Notes under the pieces: generated by a model
Database searches by the model: none
What the model was told of the DNA's origin: nothing
The model's input: only the letters and a program-made list of their open reading frames with translations
Shown: positions 13,101-26,100 of the stretch, piece after piece
How the letters are laid out: each line of letters begins with the position of its first letter
Position numbering within the stretch: the stretch's first letter is position 1
Position numbers and translations under genes: made by a program
Assembly: GCA_964658305.1 (NCBI GenBank)
Contig: OZ210885.1
Span: 14,198,001-14,262,000, forward strand
Direction: 5' to 3'
Length of the DNA stretch: 64,000 bases
From: Leptogorgia sarmentosa
Lineage: Eukaryota

Positions 13101-16100
13101 ACAAGGTTGCTTCTTCATATAACACTGTTATGAAGGGTGTTAGAGAAGTTGGTTAAATTATAGCAAAATTTCACCACATTTAACCAACCTTGATAAATTA
13201 AACGCCACACTGTGAATGACTAAAAAAAACAAGGTTGCTTCTTCATATATCACTGTTATGAAGGGTGTTAGAGAAGTTGGTTTAAATATAGCAAAATTTC
13301 ACCACATTTAACCACCCTTGATCAATTAAACGCCACATTGTCAATGACTCAAAAAAACAAGGTTGCTTTTTTATGAAGGGTGTTAGAGAAGTTGGTTAAA
13401 TTATAGCATAATTTCACCACATTTAACCAACCTTGATAAATTAAATGCCACATCGTCAATGACTAAAAAAAACAAGGTTGCTTTTTTATGAAAGGTGTTA
13501 GAGAAGTTGGTTAAATTATAGCAAAATTTCACCACATTTATCAAACCTTGATAAATTAAATGCCACATTGTCAATGACTCAAAAAACAAGGTTGCTTCTT
13601 CATATATCACTGTTATTAACAGTGTTAGAGTAGTTGGTTTATAGCAAAATTTCACCACATTTAACCAACCTTGATAAATTAAACGCCACATCATCAATGA
13701 CTCAAAAAAACAAGGTTGCTTTTTTATGAAGGGTGTTAGAGAATTTGGGTAAATTATAGCAAAATTTCACCACATTTATCCAACCTTGATAAATTAAACG
13801 CCACTTTGTCAATGACTCAAAAAACAAGGTTGCTTCTTCATATATCACTGTTATTAACAGTGTTAGAGAAGTTGGTTTAAATATAGCAAAATTTCACCAC
13901 ATTTAACCAACCTTGATAAATTAAACGCCACATTGTCAATGACTCAAAAAAACAAGGTTGCTTTTTTATGAAGGGTGTTAGACAAGTTGGTTAAATTATA
14001 GCAAAATTTCACCACATTTAACCAACCTTGATAAATTAAATGCCACATTGTGAATGACTCAAAAAAACAAGGTTGCTTCTTCATATATCACTGTTATGAA
14101 GGGTGTTAGAGAAGTTGGTTTAAATAAAGCAACATTTCACCACATTTAACCAACCTTGATAAATTAAACGCCACATTGTCAATGACTCAAAAAAACAAGG
14201 TTGCGTTTTTATGAAGGGTTTTAGAGAAGTTGGTTAAATTATAGCAAAATTTCACCACATTTAACCAACCTTGATAAATTAAACGCCACATTGTGAATGA
14301 CTAAAAAAAACAAGGTTGCTTCTTCATATATCACTGTTATGAAGGGTGTTAGAGAAGTTGGTTTAAATAAAGCAACATTTCACCACATTTAACCAACCTT
14401 GATAAATTAAATGCCACATCGTCAATGACTAAAAAAAACAAGGTTGCTTTTTTATGAAAGCTGTTAGAGAAGTTGGTTAAATTATAGCAAAATTTCACCA
14501 CATTTATCAAACCTTGATAAATTAAACGCCACATCATCAATGACTCAAAAAAACAAGGTTGCTTTTTTATGAAAGCTGTTAGAGAAGTTGGTTAAATTAT
14601 AGCAAAATTTCACCACATTTAACCAACCTTGATAAATTAAATGCCACATTGTCAATGACTCAAAAAAACAAGGTTGCTTCTTCATATATCACTGTTATGA
14701 AGGGTGTTGGAGAAGTTGGTTAAATTATAGCAAAATTTCACGACATTTAACCAACCTTGATAAATTAAATTCCACATGGTCAATGACTCAAAAAAACAAG
14801 GTTGCTTCTTCATATATCACTGTTATGAAGGGTGTTAGAGAAGTTGGTTAAAACATACCAAAATTTCACCACATTTAACCAACCTTGATAAATTAAATGC
14901 CACATCGTCAATGACTCAAAAAAACAAGGTTGCTTTTTTATGAAAGGTGTTAGAGAAGTTGGTTAAATGATAGCAAAATTTCACCACATTTAACCAACCT
15001 TGATAAATTAAATGCCACATCGTCAATGACTAAAAAAAACAAGGTTGCTTTTTTATGAAAGCTGTTAGAGAAGTTGGTTAAATTATAGCAAAATTTCACC
15101 ACATTTATCAAACCTTGATAAATTAAACGCCACATCATCAATGACTCAAAAAAACAAGGTTTCTTTTTTATGAAAGCTGTTAGAGAAGTTGGTTAAATTA
15201 TAGCAAAATTTCACCACATTTAACCAACCTTGATAAATTAAATGCCACATTGTCAATGACTCAAAAAAACAAGGTTGCTTCTTCATATATCACTGTTATG
15301 AAGGGTGTTGGAGAAGTTGGTTAAATTATAGCAAAATTTCACGACATTTAACCAACCTTGATAAATTAAATGCCACATGGTCAATGACTCAAAAAAACAA
15401 GGTTGCTTCTTCATATATCACTGTTATGAAGGGTGTTAGAGAAGTTGGTTAAAATATACCAAAATTTCACCACATTTAACCAACCTTGATAAATTAAATG
15501 CCACATCGTCAATGACTCAAAAAAACAAGGTTGCTTGTTCATATATCACTGTTATGAAGGGTGTTAGAGAAGTTCGTTAAAATATAGCAACATTTCGCCA
15601 CATTGAACCAACCTTGATAAATTAAACGCCACGTCGTCAATGGCTCAAAAAAACAAGGTTGCTTCTTCATATATCACTGTTATGAAGGGTGTTAGAGAAG
15701 TTGGTTAAATTATAGCAAAATTTCACCACATTTAACCAACCTTAATAAATTAAACGCCACATTGTCAATGACTCAAAAAACAAGGTTGCTTCTTCATATA
15801 TCACTGTTATGAAGGGTGTTGGAGAAGTTGGTTAAATTATAGCAAAATTTCACGACATTTAACCAACCTTGATAAATTAAATGCCACATGGTCAATGACT
15901 CAAAAAAACAAGGTTGCTTCTTCATATATCACTGTTATGAAGGGTGTTAGAGAAGTTGGTTAAAATATACCAAAATTTCACCACATTTAACCAACCTTGA
16001 TAAATTAAATGCCACATCGTCAATGACTCAAAAAAACAAGGTTGCTTGTTCATATATCACTGTTATGAAGGGTGTTAGAGAAGTTCGTTAAAATATAGCA

Positions 16101-17160
16101 ACATTTCGCCACATTGAACCAACCTTGATAAATTAAACGCCACGTCGTCAATGGCTCAAAAAAACAAGGTTGCTTCTTCATATATCACTGTTATGAAGGG
16201 TGTTAGAGAAGTTGGTTAAATTATAGCAAAATTTCACCACATTTAACCAACCTTAATAAATTAAACGCCACATTGTCAATGACTCAAAAAACAAGGTTGC
16301 TTCTTCATATATCACTGTTATTAATGGTGTTAGAGAAGTTGGTTTAAATATAGCAAAATTTCACCACATTTAACCAACCTTGATAAATTAAACGCCACAT
16401 CATCAATGACACAAAAAACAAGGTTGCTTCTTCATATATCACTGTTATGAAGGGTGTTAGAGAAGTTGGTTTAAATATAGCAAAATTTCACCACATTTAA
16501 CCAACCTTGATAAATTAAACCCCACATCATCAATGACACAAAAAACAAGGTTGCTTCTTCATATATCACTGTTATGAAGGGTGTTAGAGAAGTTGGTTAA
16601 ATTATAGCAAAATTTCACCACATTTAACCAACCTTGATAAATTAAACGCCACGTCATCAATGACTCAAAAAACAAGGTTGCTTCTTCATATATCACTGTT
16701 ATTAACGGTGTTAGAGAAGTTGGTTTATAGCAAAATTTCACCACATTTAACCAACCTTGATAAATTAAACGCCACATCGTCAATGACTCAAAAAAACAAG
16801 GTTGCTTTTTTATGAAAGGTGTTAGAGAAGTTGGTTAAATTATAGCAAAATTTCACCACATTTAACCAACCTTGATAAATTAAATGCCACATCGTCAATG
16901 ACTAAAAAAAACAAGGTTGCTTTTTGATGAAAGGTGTTAGAGAAGTTGGTTAAATTATAGCAAAATTTCACCACATTTATCAAACCTTGATAAATTAAAC
17001 GCCACATTGTCAATGACTAAAAAAACAAGGTTGCTTCTTCATATATCACTGTCATTAACGGTGTTAGAGAAGTTGGTTTATAGCAAAATTTCACCACATT
17101 TAACCAACCTTGATAAATTAAACGCCACATCATCAATGACTCAAAAAAACAAGGTTGCTT
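2212..17160 (+). repeat. 5,962-bp higher-order repeat (~49 monomers), ~2.5 tandem copies starting at 2212, 8174 and 14136
   Basis: The ORF series 2425-7735 is repeated at +5962 (8387-13697) and partly at +11924 (14349, 14950, and ORF end 16783 vs 4859). Copies 1 and 2 share a 31-bp-deleted monomer (5281/11243) and an extra-T variant TGTTTAGACAAG (~6810/~12772). Confidence 0.93.
3350..4390 (+). repeat. 511-bp 4-monomer HOR (3x128 + 127), tandem pair; also at ~9.3-10.3, 15.3-16.3, 32.8-33.9, 38.8-39.8 and 41.8-42.8 kb
   Basis: The marker set TTGTTCAT...GTTCGTTAAAA...TTCGCCACATTGAACC...CACGTCGTCAATGGCTC starts at 3611 and 4122 (offset 511). Confidence 0.88.
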
Positions 17161-20100
17161 CTTCATATATCACTGTTATGAAGGGTGTTGGAGAAGTTGG
17201 TTAAATTATAGCAAAATTTCACCACATTAAACCAACCTTGATAAATTAAACGCCACATCATCAATGACTCAAAAAAACAAGGTTGCTTTTTCATGAAGGG
17301 TGTTAGAGAAGTTGGTTAAATTATAGCAAAATTTCATCACATTTAACCAACCTTGATAAATTAAACGCCACATTGTGAATGACTCAAAAAAACAAGGTTG
17401 CTTCTTCATATATCACTGTTATGAAGGGTGTTAGAGAAGTTGGTTTAAATAAAGCAACATTTCACCACATTTAACCAACCTTGATAAATTAAACGCCACA
17501 TTGTCAATGACTAAAAAAACAAGGTTGCTTCTTCATATATCACTGTTATGAAGGGTGTTGGAGAAGTTGGTTAAATTATAGCAAAATTTCACCACATTTA
17601 ACCAATCTTGATAAATTAAATGCCACATGGTCAATGACTCAAAAAAACAAGGTTGCTTCTTCATATATCACTGTTATGAAGGGTGTTAGAGAAGTTGATT
17701 AAAATATACCAAAATTTCACCACATTTAACCAACCTTGATAAATTAAATGCCACATCGTCAATGACTCAAAAAAACAAGGTTGCTTGTTCATATATCACT
17801 GTTGTGAAGGGTGTTGGAGAAGTTCGTTAAAATATAGCAACATTTCGCCACATTGAACCAACCTTGATAAATTAAACGCCACGTCGTCAATGGCTCAAAA
17901 AAACAAGGTTGCTTCTTCATATATCACTGTTATGAAGGGTGTTAGAGAAGTTGGTTTATAGCAAAATTTCACCACATTTAACCAACCTTGATAAATTAAA
18001 CGCCACATCATCAATGACTCAAAAAAACAAGGTTGCTTTTTTATGAAAGGTGTTAGAGAAGTTGGTTAAATTATAGCAAAATTTCACCACATTTATCCAA
18101 CCTTGATAAATTAAACGCCACTTTGTCAATGACTCAAAAAACAAGGTTGCTTCTTCATATATCACTGTTATTAACAGTGTTAGAGAAGTTGGTTTAAATA
18201 TAGCAAAATTTCACCACATTTAACCAACCTTGATAAATTAAACGCCACATTGTCAATGACTCAAAAAAACAAGGTTGCTTCTTCATATATCACTGTTATG
18301 AAGGGTGTTGGAGAAGTTGGTTAAATTATAGCAAAATTTCACCACATTTAAGCAACCTTGATAAATTAAACGCCACATCGTGAATGACTAAAAAAAACAA
18401 GGTTGCTTCTTCATATATCACTGTTATGAAGGGTGTTAGAGAAGTTGATTTAAATATAGCAAAATTTCACCACATTTAACCAACCTTGATAAATTAAATG
18501 CCACATCGTCAATGACTAAAAAAAACAAGGTTGCTTTTTGATGAAAGGTGTTAGAGAAGTTGGTTAAATTATAGCAAAATTTCACCACATTTATCAAACC
18601 TTGATAAATTAAACGCCACATTGTCAATGACTCAAAAAACAAGGTTGCTTCTTCATATATCACTGTTATTAATGGTGTTAGAGAAGTTGGTTTATAGCAA
18701 AATTTCACCACATTTAACCAACCTTGATAAATTAAACGCCACATCATCAATGACTCAAAAAAAGAAGGTTGCTTTTTTATGAAGGGTGTTAGAGAATTTG
18801 GGTAAATTATAGCAAAATTTCACCACATTTATCCAACCTTGATAAATTAAACGCCACATTGTCAATGACTCAAAAAACAAGGTTGCTTCTTCATATATCA
18901 CTGTTATTAACAGTGTTAGAGAAGTTGGTTTAAATATAGCAAAATTTCACCACATTTAACCAACCTTGATAAATTAAACGCCACATTGTCAATGACTCAA
19001 AAAAAACAAGGTTGCTTCTTCATATATCACTGTTATGAAGGGTGTTGGAGAAGTTGGTTAAATGATAGCAAAATTTCACCACATTTAACCAACCTTGATA
19101 AATTAAACGCCACACTGTGAATGACTAAAAAAAACAAGGTTGCTTCTTCATATATCACTGTTATGAAGGGTGTTAGAGAAGTTGGTTTAAATATAGCAAA
19201 ATTTCACCACATTTATCCAACCTTGATAAATTAAACGGCACATTGTCAATGACTCAAAAAACAAGGTTGCTTCTTCATATATCACTGTTATGAAGGGTGT
19301 TGGAGAAGTTGGTTAAATTATAGCAAAATTTCACCACATTCATCAAACCTTGATAAATTAAATGCCACATTGTCAATGACTCAAAAAACAAGGTTCCTTC
19401 TTCATATATCACTGTTATTAACAGTGTTAGAGTAGTTGGTTTATAGCAAAATTTCACCACATTTAACCAACCTTGATAAATTAAACGCCACATCATCAAT
19501 GACTCAAAAAAACAAGGTTGCTTTTTTATGAAGGGTGTTAGAGAATTTGGGTAAATTATAGCAAAATTTCACCACATTTAACCAACCTTGATAAATTAAA
19601 CGCCACATCATCAATGACTCAAAAAAACAAGGTTGCTTTTTTATGAAGGGTGTTAGAGAATTTGGGTAAATTATAGCAAAATTTCACCACATTTATCCAA
19701 CCTTCATAAATTAAACGCCACTTTGTCAATGACTCAAAAAACAAGGTTGCTTCTTCATATATCACTGTTATTAACGGTGTTAGACAAGTTGATTTAAATA
19801 TAGCAAAATTTCACCACATTTAACCAACCTTGATAAATTAAACGCCACATCATCAATGACTCAAAAAAACAAGGTTGCTTTTTTATGAAGGGTGTTAGAG
19901 AAGTTGGTTAAATTATAGCAAAATTTCACCACATTTATCAAACCTTGATAAATTAAATGCCACATTGTCAATGACTCAAAAAACAAGGTTGCTTCTTCAT
20001 ATATCACTGTTATGAAGGGTGTTGGAGAAGTTGGTTAAATTATAGCAAAATTTCACCACATTTAACCAACCTTGATAAATTAAACGCCACACTGTGAATG

Positions 20101-20189
20101 ACTAAAAAAAACAAGGTTGCTTCTTCATATATCACTGTTATGAAGGGTGTTAGAGAAGTTGGTTTAAATATAGCAAAATTTCACCACAT

Positions 20190-23100
20190 TTAACCACCCT
20201 TGATCAATTAAACGCCACATTGTCAATGACTCAAAAAAACAAGGTTGCTTTTTTATGAAGGGTGTTAGAGAAGTTGGTTAAATTATAGCAAAATTTCACC
20301 ACATTTAACCAACCTTGATAAATTAAATGCCACATCGTCAATGACTAAAAAAAACAAGGTTGCTTTTTTATGAAAGGTGTTAGAGAAGTTGGTTAAATTA
20401 TAGCAAAATTTCACCACATTTATCAAACCTTGATAAATTAAATGCCACATTGTCAATGACTCAAAAAACAAGGTTGCTTCTTCATATATCACTGTTATTA
20501 ACAGTGTTAGAGTAGTTGGTTTATAGCAAAATTTCACCACATTTAACCAACCTTGATAAATTAAATGCCACATTGTCAATGACTCAAAAAAACAAGGTTG
20601 CTTCTTCATATATCACTGTTATGAAGGGTGTTGGAGAAGTTGGTTAAATTATAGCAAAATTTCACGACATTTAACCAACCTTGATAAATTAAATTCCACA
20701 TGGTCAATGACTCAAAAAAACAAGGTTGCTTCTTCATATATCACTGTTATGAAGGGTGTTAGAGAAGTTGGTTAAAACATACCAAAATTTCACCACATTT
20801 AACCAACCTTGATAAATTAAATGCCACATCGTCAATGACTCAAAAAAACAAGGTTGCTTTTTTATGAAAGGTGTTAGAGAAGTTGGTTAAATGATAGCAA
20901 AATTTCACCACATTTAACCAACCTTGATAAATTAAATGCCACATCGTCAATGACTAAAAAAAACAAGGTTGCTTTTTTATGAAAGCTGTTAGAGAAGTTG
21001 GTTAAATTATAGCAAAATTTCACCACATTTATCAAACCTTGATAAATTAAACGCCACATCATCAATGACTCAAAAAAACAAGGTTGCTTTTTTATGAAAG
21101 CTGTTAGAGAAGTTGGTTAAATTATAGCAAAATTTCACCACATTTAACCAACCTTGATAAATTAAATGCCACATTGTCAATGACTCAAAAAAACAAGGTT
21201 GCTTCTTCATATATCACTGTTATGAAGGGTGTTGGAGAAGTTGGTTAAATTATAGCAAAATTTCACGACATTTAACCAACCTTGATAAATTAAATGCCAC
21301 ATGGTCAATGACTCAAAAAAACAAGGTTGCTTCTTCATATATCACTGTTATGAAGGGTGTTAGAGAAGTTGGTTAAAATATACCAAAATTTCACCACATT
21401 TAACCAACCTTGATAAATTAAATGCCACATCGTCAATGACTCAAAAAAACAAGGTTGCTTTTTTATGAAAGGTGTTAGAGAAGTTGGTTAAATGATAGCA
21501 AAATTTCACCACATTTAACCAACCTTGATAAATTAAATGCCACATCGTCAATGACTAAAAAAAACAAGGTTGCTTTTTTATGAAAGCTGTTAGAGAAGTT
21601 GGTTAAATTATAGCAAAATTTCACCACATTTATCAAACCTTGATAAATTAAATGCCACATCATCAATGACTCAAAAAAACAAGGTTGCTTTTTTATGAAA
21701 GCTGTTAGAGAAGTTGGTTAAATTATAGCAAAATTTCACCACATTTAACCAACCTTGATAAATTAAATGCCACATTGTCAATGACTCAAAAAAACAAGGT
21801 TGCTTCTTCATATATCACTGTTATGAAGGGTGTTGGAGAAGTTGGTTAAATTATAGCAAAATTTCACGACATTTAACCAACCTTGATAAATTAAATGCCA
21901 CATGGTCAATGACTCAAAAAAACAAGGTTGCTTCTTCATATATCACTGTTATGAAGGGTGTTAGAGAAGTTGGTTAAAATATACCAAAATTTCACCACAT
22001 TTAACCAACCTTGATAAATTAAATGCCACATCGTCAATGACTCAAAAAAACAAGGTTGCTTGTTCATATATCACTGTTATGAAGGGTGTTAGAGAAGTTC
22101 GTTAAAATATAGCAACATTTCGCCACATTGAACCAACCTTGATAAATTAAACGCCACATTGTCAATGACTCAAAAAAACAAGGTTGCTTCTTCATATATC
22201 ACTGTTATTAACAGTGTTAGAGAAGTTGGTTTAAATATAGCAAAATTTCACCACATTTAACCAACCTTGATAAATTAAACGCCACATTGTCAATGACTCA
22301 AAAAAACAAGGTTGCTTCTTCATATATCACTGTTATGAAGGGTGTTGGAGAAGTTGGTTAAATTATAGCAAAATTTCACCACATTAAACCAACCTTGATA
22401 AATTAAACGCCACATTGTCAATGACTCAAAAAAACAAGGTTGCTTCTTCATATATCACTGTTATGAAGGGTGTTAGAGAAGTTGGTTTAAATAAAGCAAC
22501 ATTTCACCACATTTAACCAACCTTGATAAATTAAACGCCACATTGTCAATGACTAAAAAAACAAGGTTGCTTCTTCACATATCACTGTTACTAACGGTGT
22601 TAGAGAAGTTGGTTTATAGCAAAATTTCACCACATTTAACCAACCTTGATAAATTAAACGCCACATCATCAATGACTCAAAAAAACAAGTTTGCTTCTTC
22701 ATATAACACTGTTATGAAGGGTGTTGGAGAACTTGGTTAAATTATAGAAAAATTTCACCACATTTAACCAACCTTGATAAATTAAATGCCACATTGTCAA
22801 TGACTCAAAAAACAAGGTTCCTTCTTCATATATCACTGTTATTAACAGTGTTAGAGTAGTTGGTTTATAGCAAAATTTCACCACATTTAACCAACCTTGA
22901 TAAATTAAACGCCACATCATCAATGACTCAAAAAAACAAGGTTGCTTTTTTATGAAGGGTGTTAGAGAATTTGGGTAAATTATAGCAAAATTTCACCACA
23001 TTTAACCAACCTTGATAAATTAAACGCCACATCATCAATGACTCAAAAAAACAAGGTTGCTTTTTTATGAAGGGTGTTAGAGAATTTGGGTAAATTATAG

Positions 23101-26100
23101 CAAAATTTCACCACATTTATCCAACCTTCATAAATTAAACGCCACTTTGTCAATGACTAAAAAAAACAAGGTTGCTTCTTCATATATCACTGTTATTAAC
23201 GGTGTTAGACAAGTTGATTTAAATATAGCAAAATTTCACCACATTTAACCACCCTTGATCAATTAAACGCCACATTGTCAATGACTCAAAAAAACAAGGT
23301 TGCTTTTTTATGAAGGGTGTTAGAGAAGTTGGTTAAATTATAGCAAAATTTCACCACATTTAACCAACCTTGATAAATTAAATGCCACATCGTCAATGAC
23401 TAAAAAAAACAAGGTTGCTTTTTTATGAAAGGTGTTAGAGAAGTTGGTTAAATTATAGCAAAATTTCACCACATTTATCAAACCTTGATAAATTAAATGC
23501 CACATTGTCAATGACTCAAAAAACAAGGTTGCTTCTTCATATATCACTGTTATTAACAGTGTTAGAGTAGTTGGTTTATAGCAAAATTTCACCACATTTA
23601 ACCAACCTTGATAAATTAAATGCCACATTGTCAATGACTCAAAAAAACAAGGTTGCTTCTTCATATATCACTGTTATGAAGGGTGTTGGAGAAGTTGGTT
23701 AAATTATAGCAAAATTTCACGACATTTAACCAACCTTGATAAATTAAATTCCACATGGTCAATGACTCAAAAAAACAAGGTTGCTTCTTCATATATCACT
23801 GTTATGAAGGGTGTTAGAGAAGTTGGTTAAAACATACCAAAATTTCACCACATTTAACCAACCTTGATAAATTAAATGCCACATCGTGAATGACTCAAAA
23901 AAACAAGGTTGCTTTTTTATGAAAGGTGTTAGAGAAGTTGGTTAAATGATAGCAAAATTTCACCACATTTAACCAACCTTGATAAATTAAATGCCACATC
24001 GTCAATGACTAAAAAAAACAAGGTTGCTTTTTTATGAAAGCTGTTAGAGAAGTTGGTTAAATTATAGCAAAATTTCACCACATTTATCAAACCTTGATAA
24101 ATTAAACGCCACATCATCAATGACTCAAAAAAACAAGGTTGCTTTTTTATGAAAGCTGTTAGAGAAGTTGGTTAAATTATAGCAAAATTTCACCACATTT
24201 AACCAACCTTGATAAATTAAATGCCACATTGTCAATGACTCAAAAAAACAAGGTTGCTTCTTCATATATCACTGTTATGAAGGGTGTTGGAGAAGTTGGT
24301 TAAATTATAGCAAAATTTCACGACATTTAACCAACCTTGATAAATTAAATGCCACATGGTCAATGACTCAAAAAAACAAGGTTGCTTCTTCATATATCAC
24401 TGTTATGAAGGGTGTTAGAGAAGTTGGTTAAAATATACCAAAATTTCACCACATTTAACCAACCTTGATAAATTAAATGCCACATCGTCAATGACTCAAA
24501 AAAACAAGGTTGCTTTTTTATGAAAGGTGTTAGAGAAGTTGGTTAAATGATAGCAAAATTTCACCACATTTAACCAACCTTGATAAATTAAATGCCACAT
24601 CGTCAATGACTAAAAAAAACAAGGTTGCTTTTTTATGAAAGCTGTTAGAGAAGTTGGTTAAATTATAGCAAAATTTCACCACATTTATCAAACCTTGATA
24701 AATTAAATGCCACATCATCAATGACTCAAAAAAACAAGGTTGCTTTTTTATGAAAGCTGTTAGAGAAGTTGGTTAAATTATAGCAAAATTTCACCACATT
24801 TAACCAACCTTGATAAATTAAATGCCACATTGTCAATGACTCAAAAAAACAAGGTTGCTTCTTCATATATCACTGTTATGAAGGGTGTTGGAGAAGTTGG
24901 TTAAATTATAGCAAAATTTCACGACATTTAACCAACCTTGATAAATTAAATGCCACATGGTCAATGACTCAAAAAAACAAGGTTGCTTCTTCATATATCA
25001 CTGTTATGAAGGGTGTTAGAGAAGTTGGTTAAAATATACCAAAATTTCACCACATTTAACCAACCTTGATAAATTAAATGCCACATCGTCAATGACTCAA
25101 AAAAACAAGGTTGCTTGTTCATATATCACTGTTATGAAGGGTGTTAGAGAAGTTCGTTAAAATATAGCAACATTTCGCCACATTGAACCAACCTTGATAA
25201 ATTAAACGCCACATTGTCAATGACTCAAAAAAACAAGGTTGCTTCTTCATATATCACTGTTATTAACAGTGTTAGAGAAGTTGGTTTAAATATAGCAAAA
25301 TTTCACCACATTTAACCAACCTTGATAAATTAAACGCCACATTGTCAATGACTCAAAAAAACAAGGTTGCTTCTTCATATATCACTGTTATGAAGGGTGT
25401 TAGAGAAGTTGATTTAAATATAGCAAAATTTCACCACATTTAACCAACCTTGATAAATTAAATGCCACATCGTCAATGACTAAAAAAAACAAGGTTGCTT
25501 TTTGATGAAAGGTGTTAGAGAAGTTGGTTAAATTATAGCAAAATTTCACCACATTTATCAAACCTTGATAAATTAAACGCCACATTGTCAATGACTCAAA
25601 AAACAAGGTTGCTTCTTCATATATCACTGTTATTAATGGTGTTAGAGAAGTTGGTTTATAGCAAAATTTCACCACATTTAACCAACCTTGATAAATTAAA
25701 CGCCACATCATCAATGACTCAAAAAAACAAGGTTGCTTTTTTATGAAGGGTGTTAGAGAATTTGGGTAAATTATAGCAAAATTTCACCACACTTATCCAA
25801 CCTTGATAAATTAAACGCCACATTGTCAATGACTCAAAAAACAAGGTTGCTTCTTCATATATCACTGTTATTAACAGTGTTAGAGAAGTTGGTTTAAATA
25901 TAGCAAAATTTCACCACATTTAACCAACCTTGATAAATTAAACGCCACATTGTCAATGACTCAAAAAAAACAAGGTTGCTTCTTCATATATCACTGTTAT
26001 GAAGGGTGTTGGAGAAGTTGGTTAAATGATAGCAAAATTTCACCACATTTAACCAACCTTGATAAATTAAACGCCACACTGTGAATGACTAAAAAAAACA

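Noticed and set aside
17007..17204. Plus-strand peptide with a faintly leucine-rich-repeat-like stretch (ISPHLTNLDKLN)
   Set aside because: There is no sustained reading frame or full LRR periodicity; it is a chance resemblance in AT-rich sequence.
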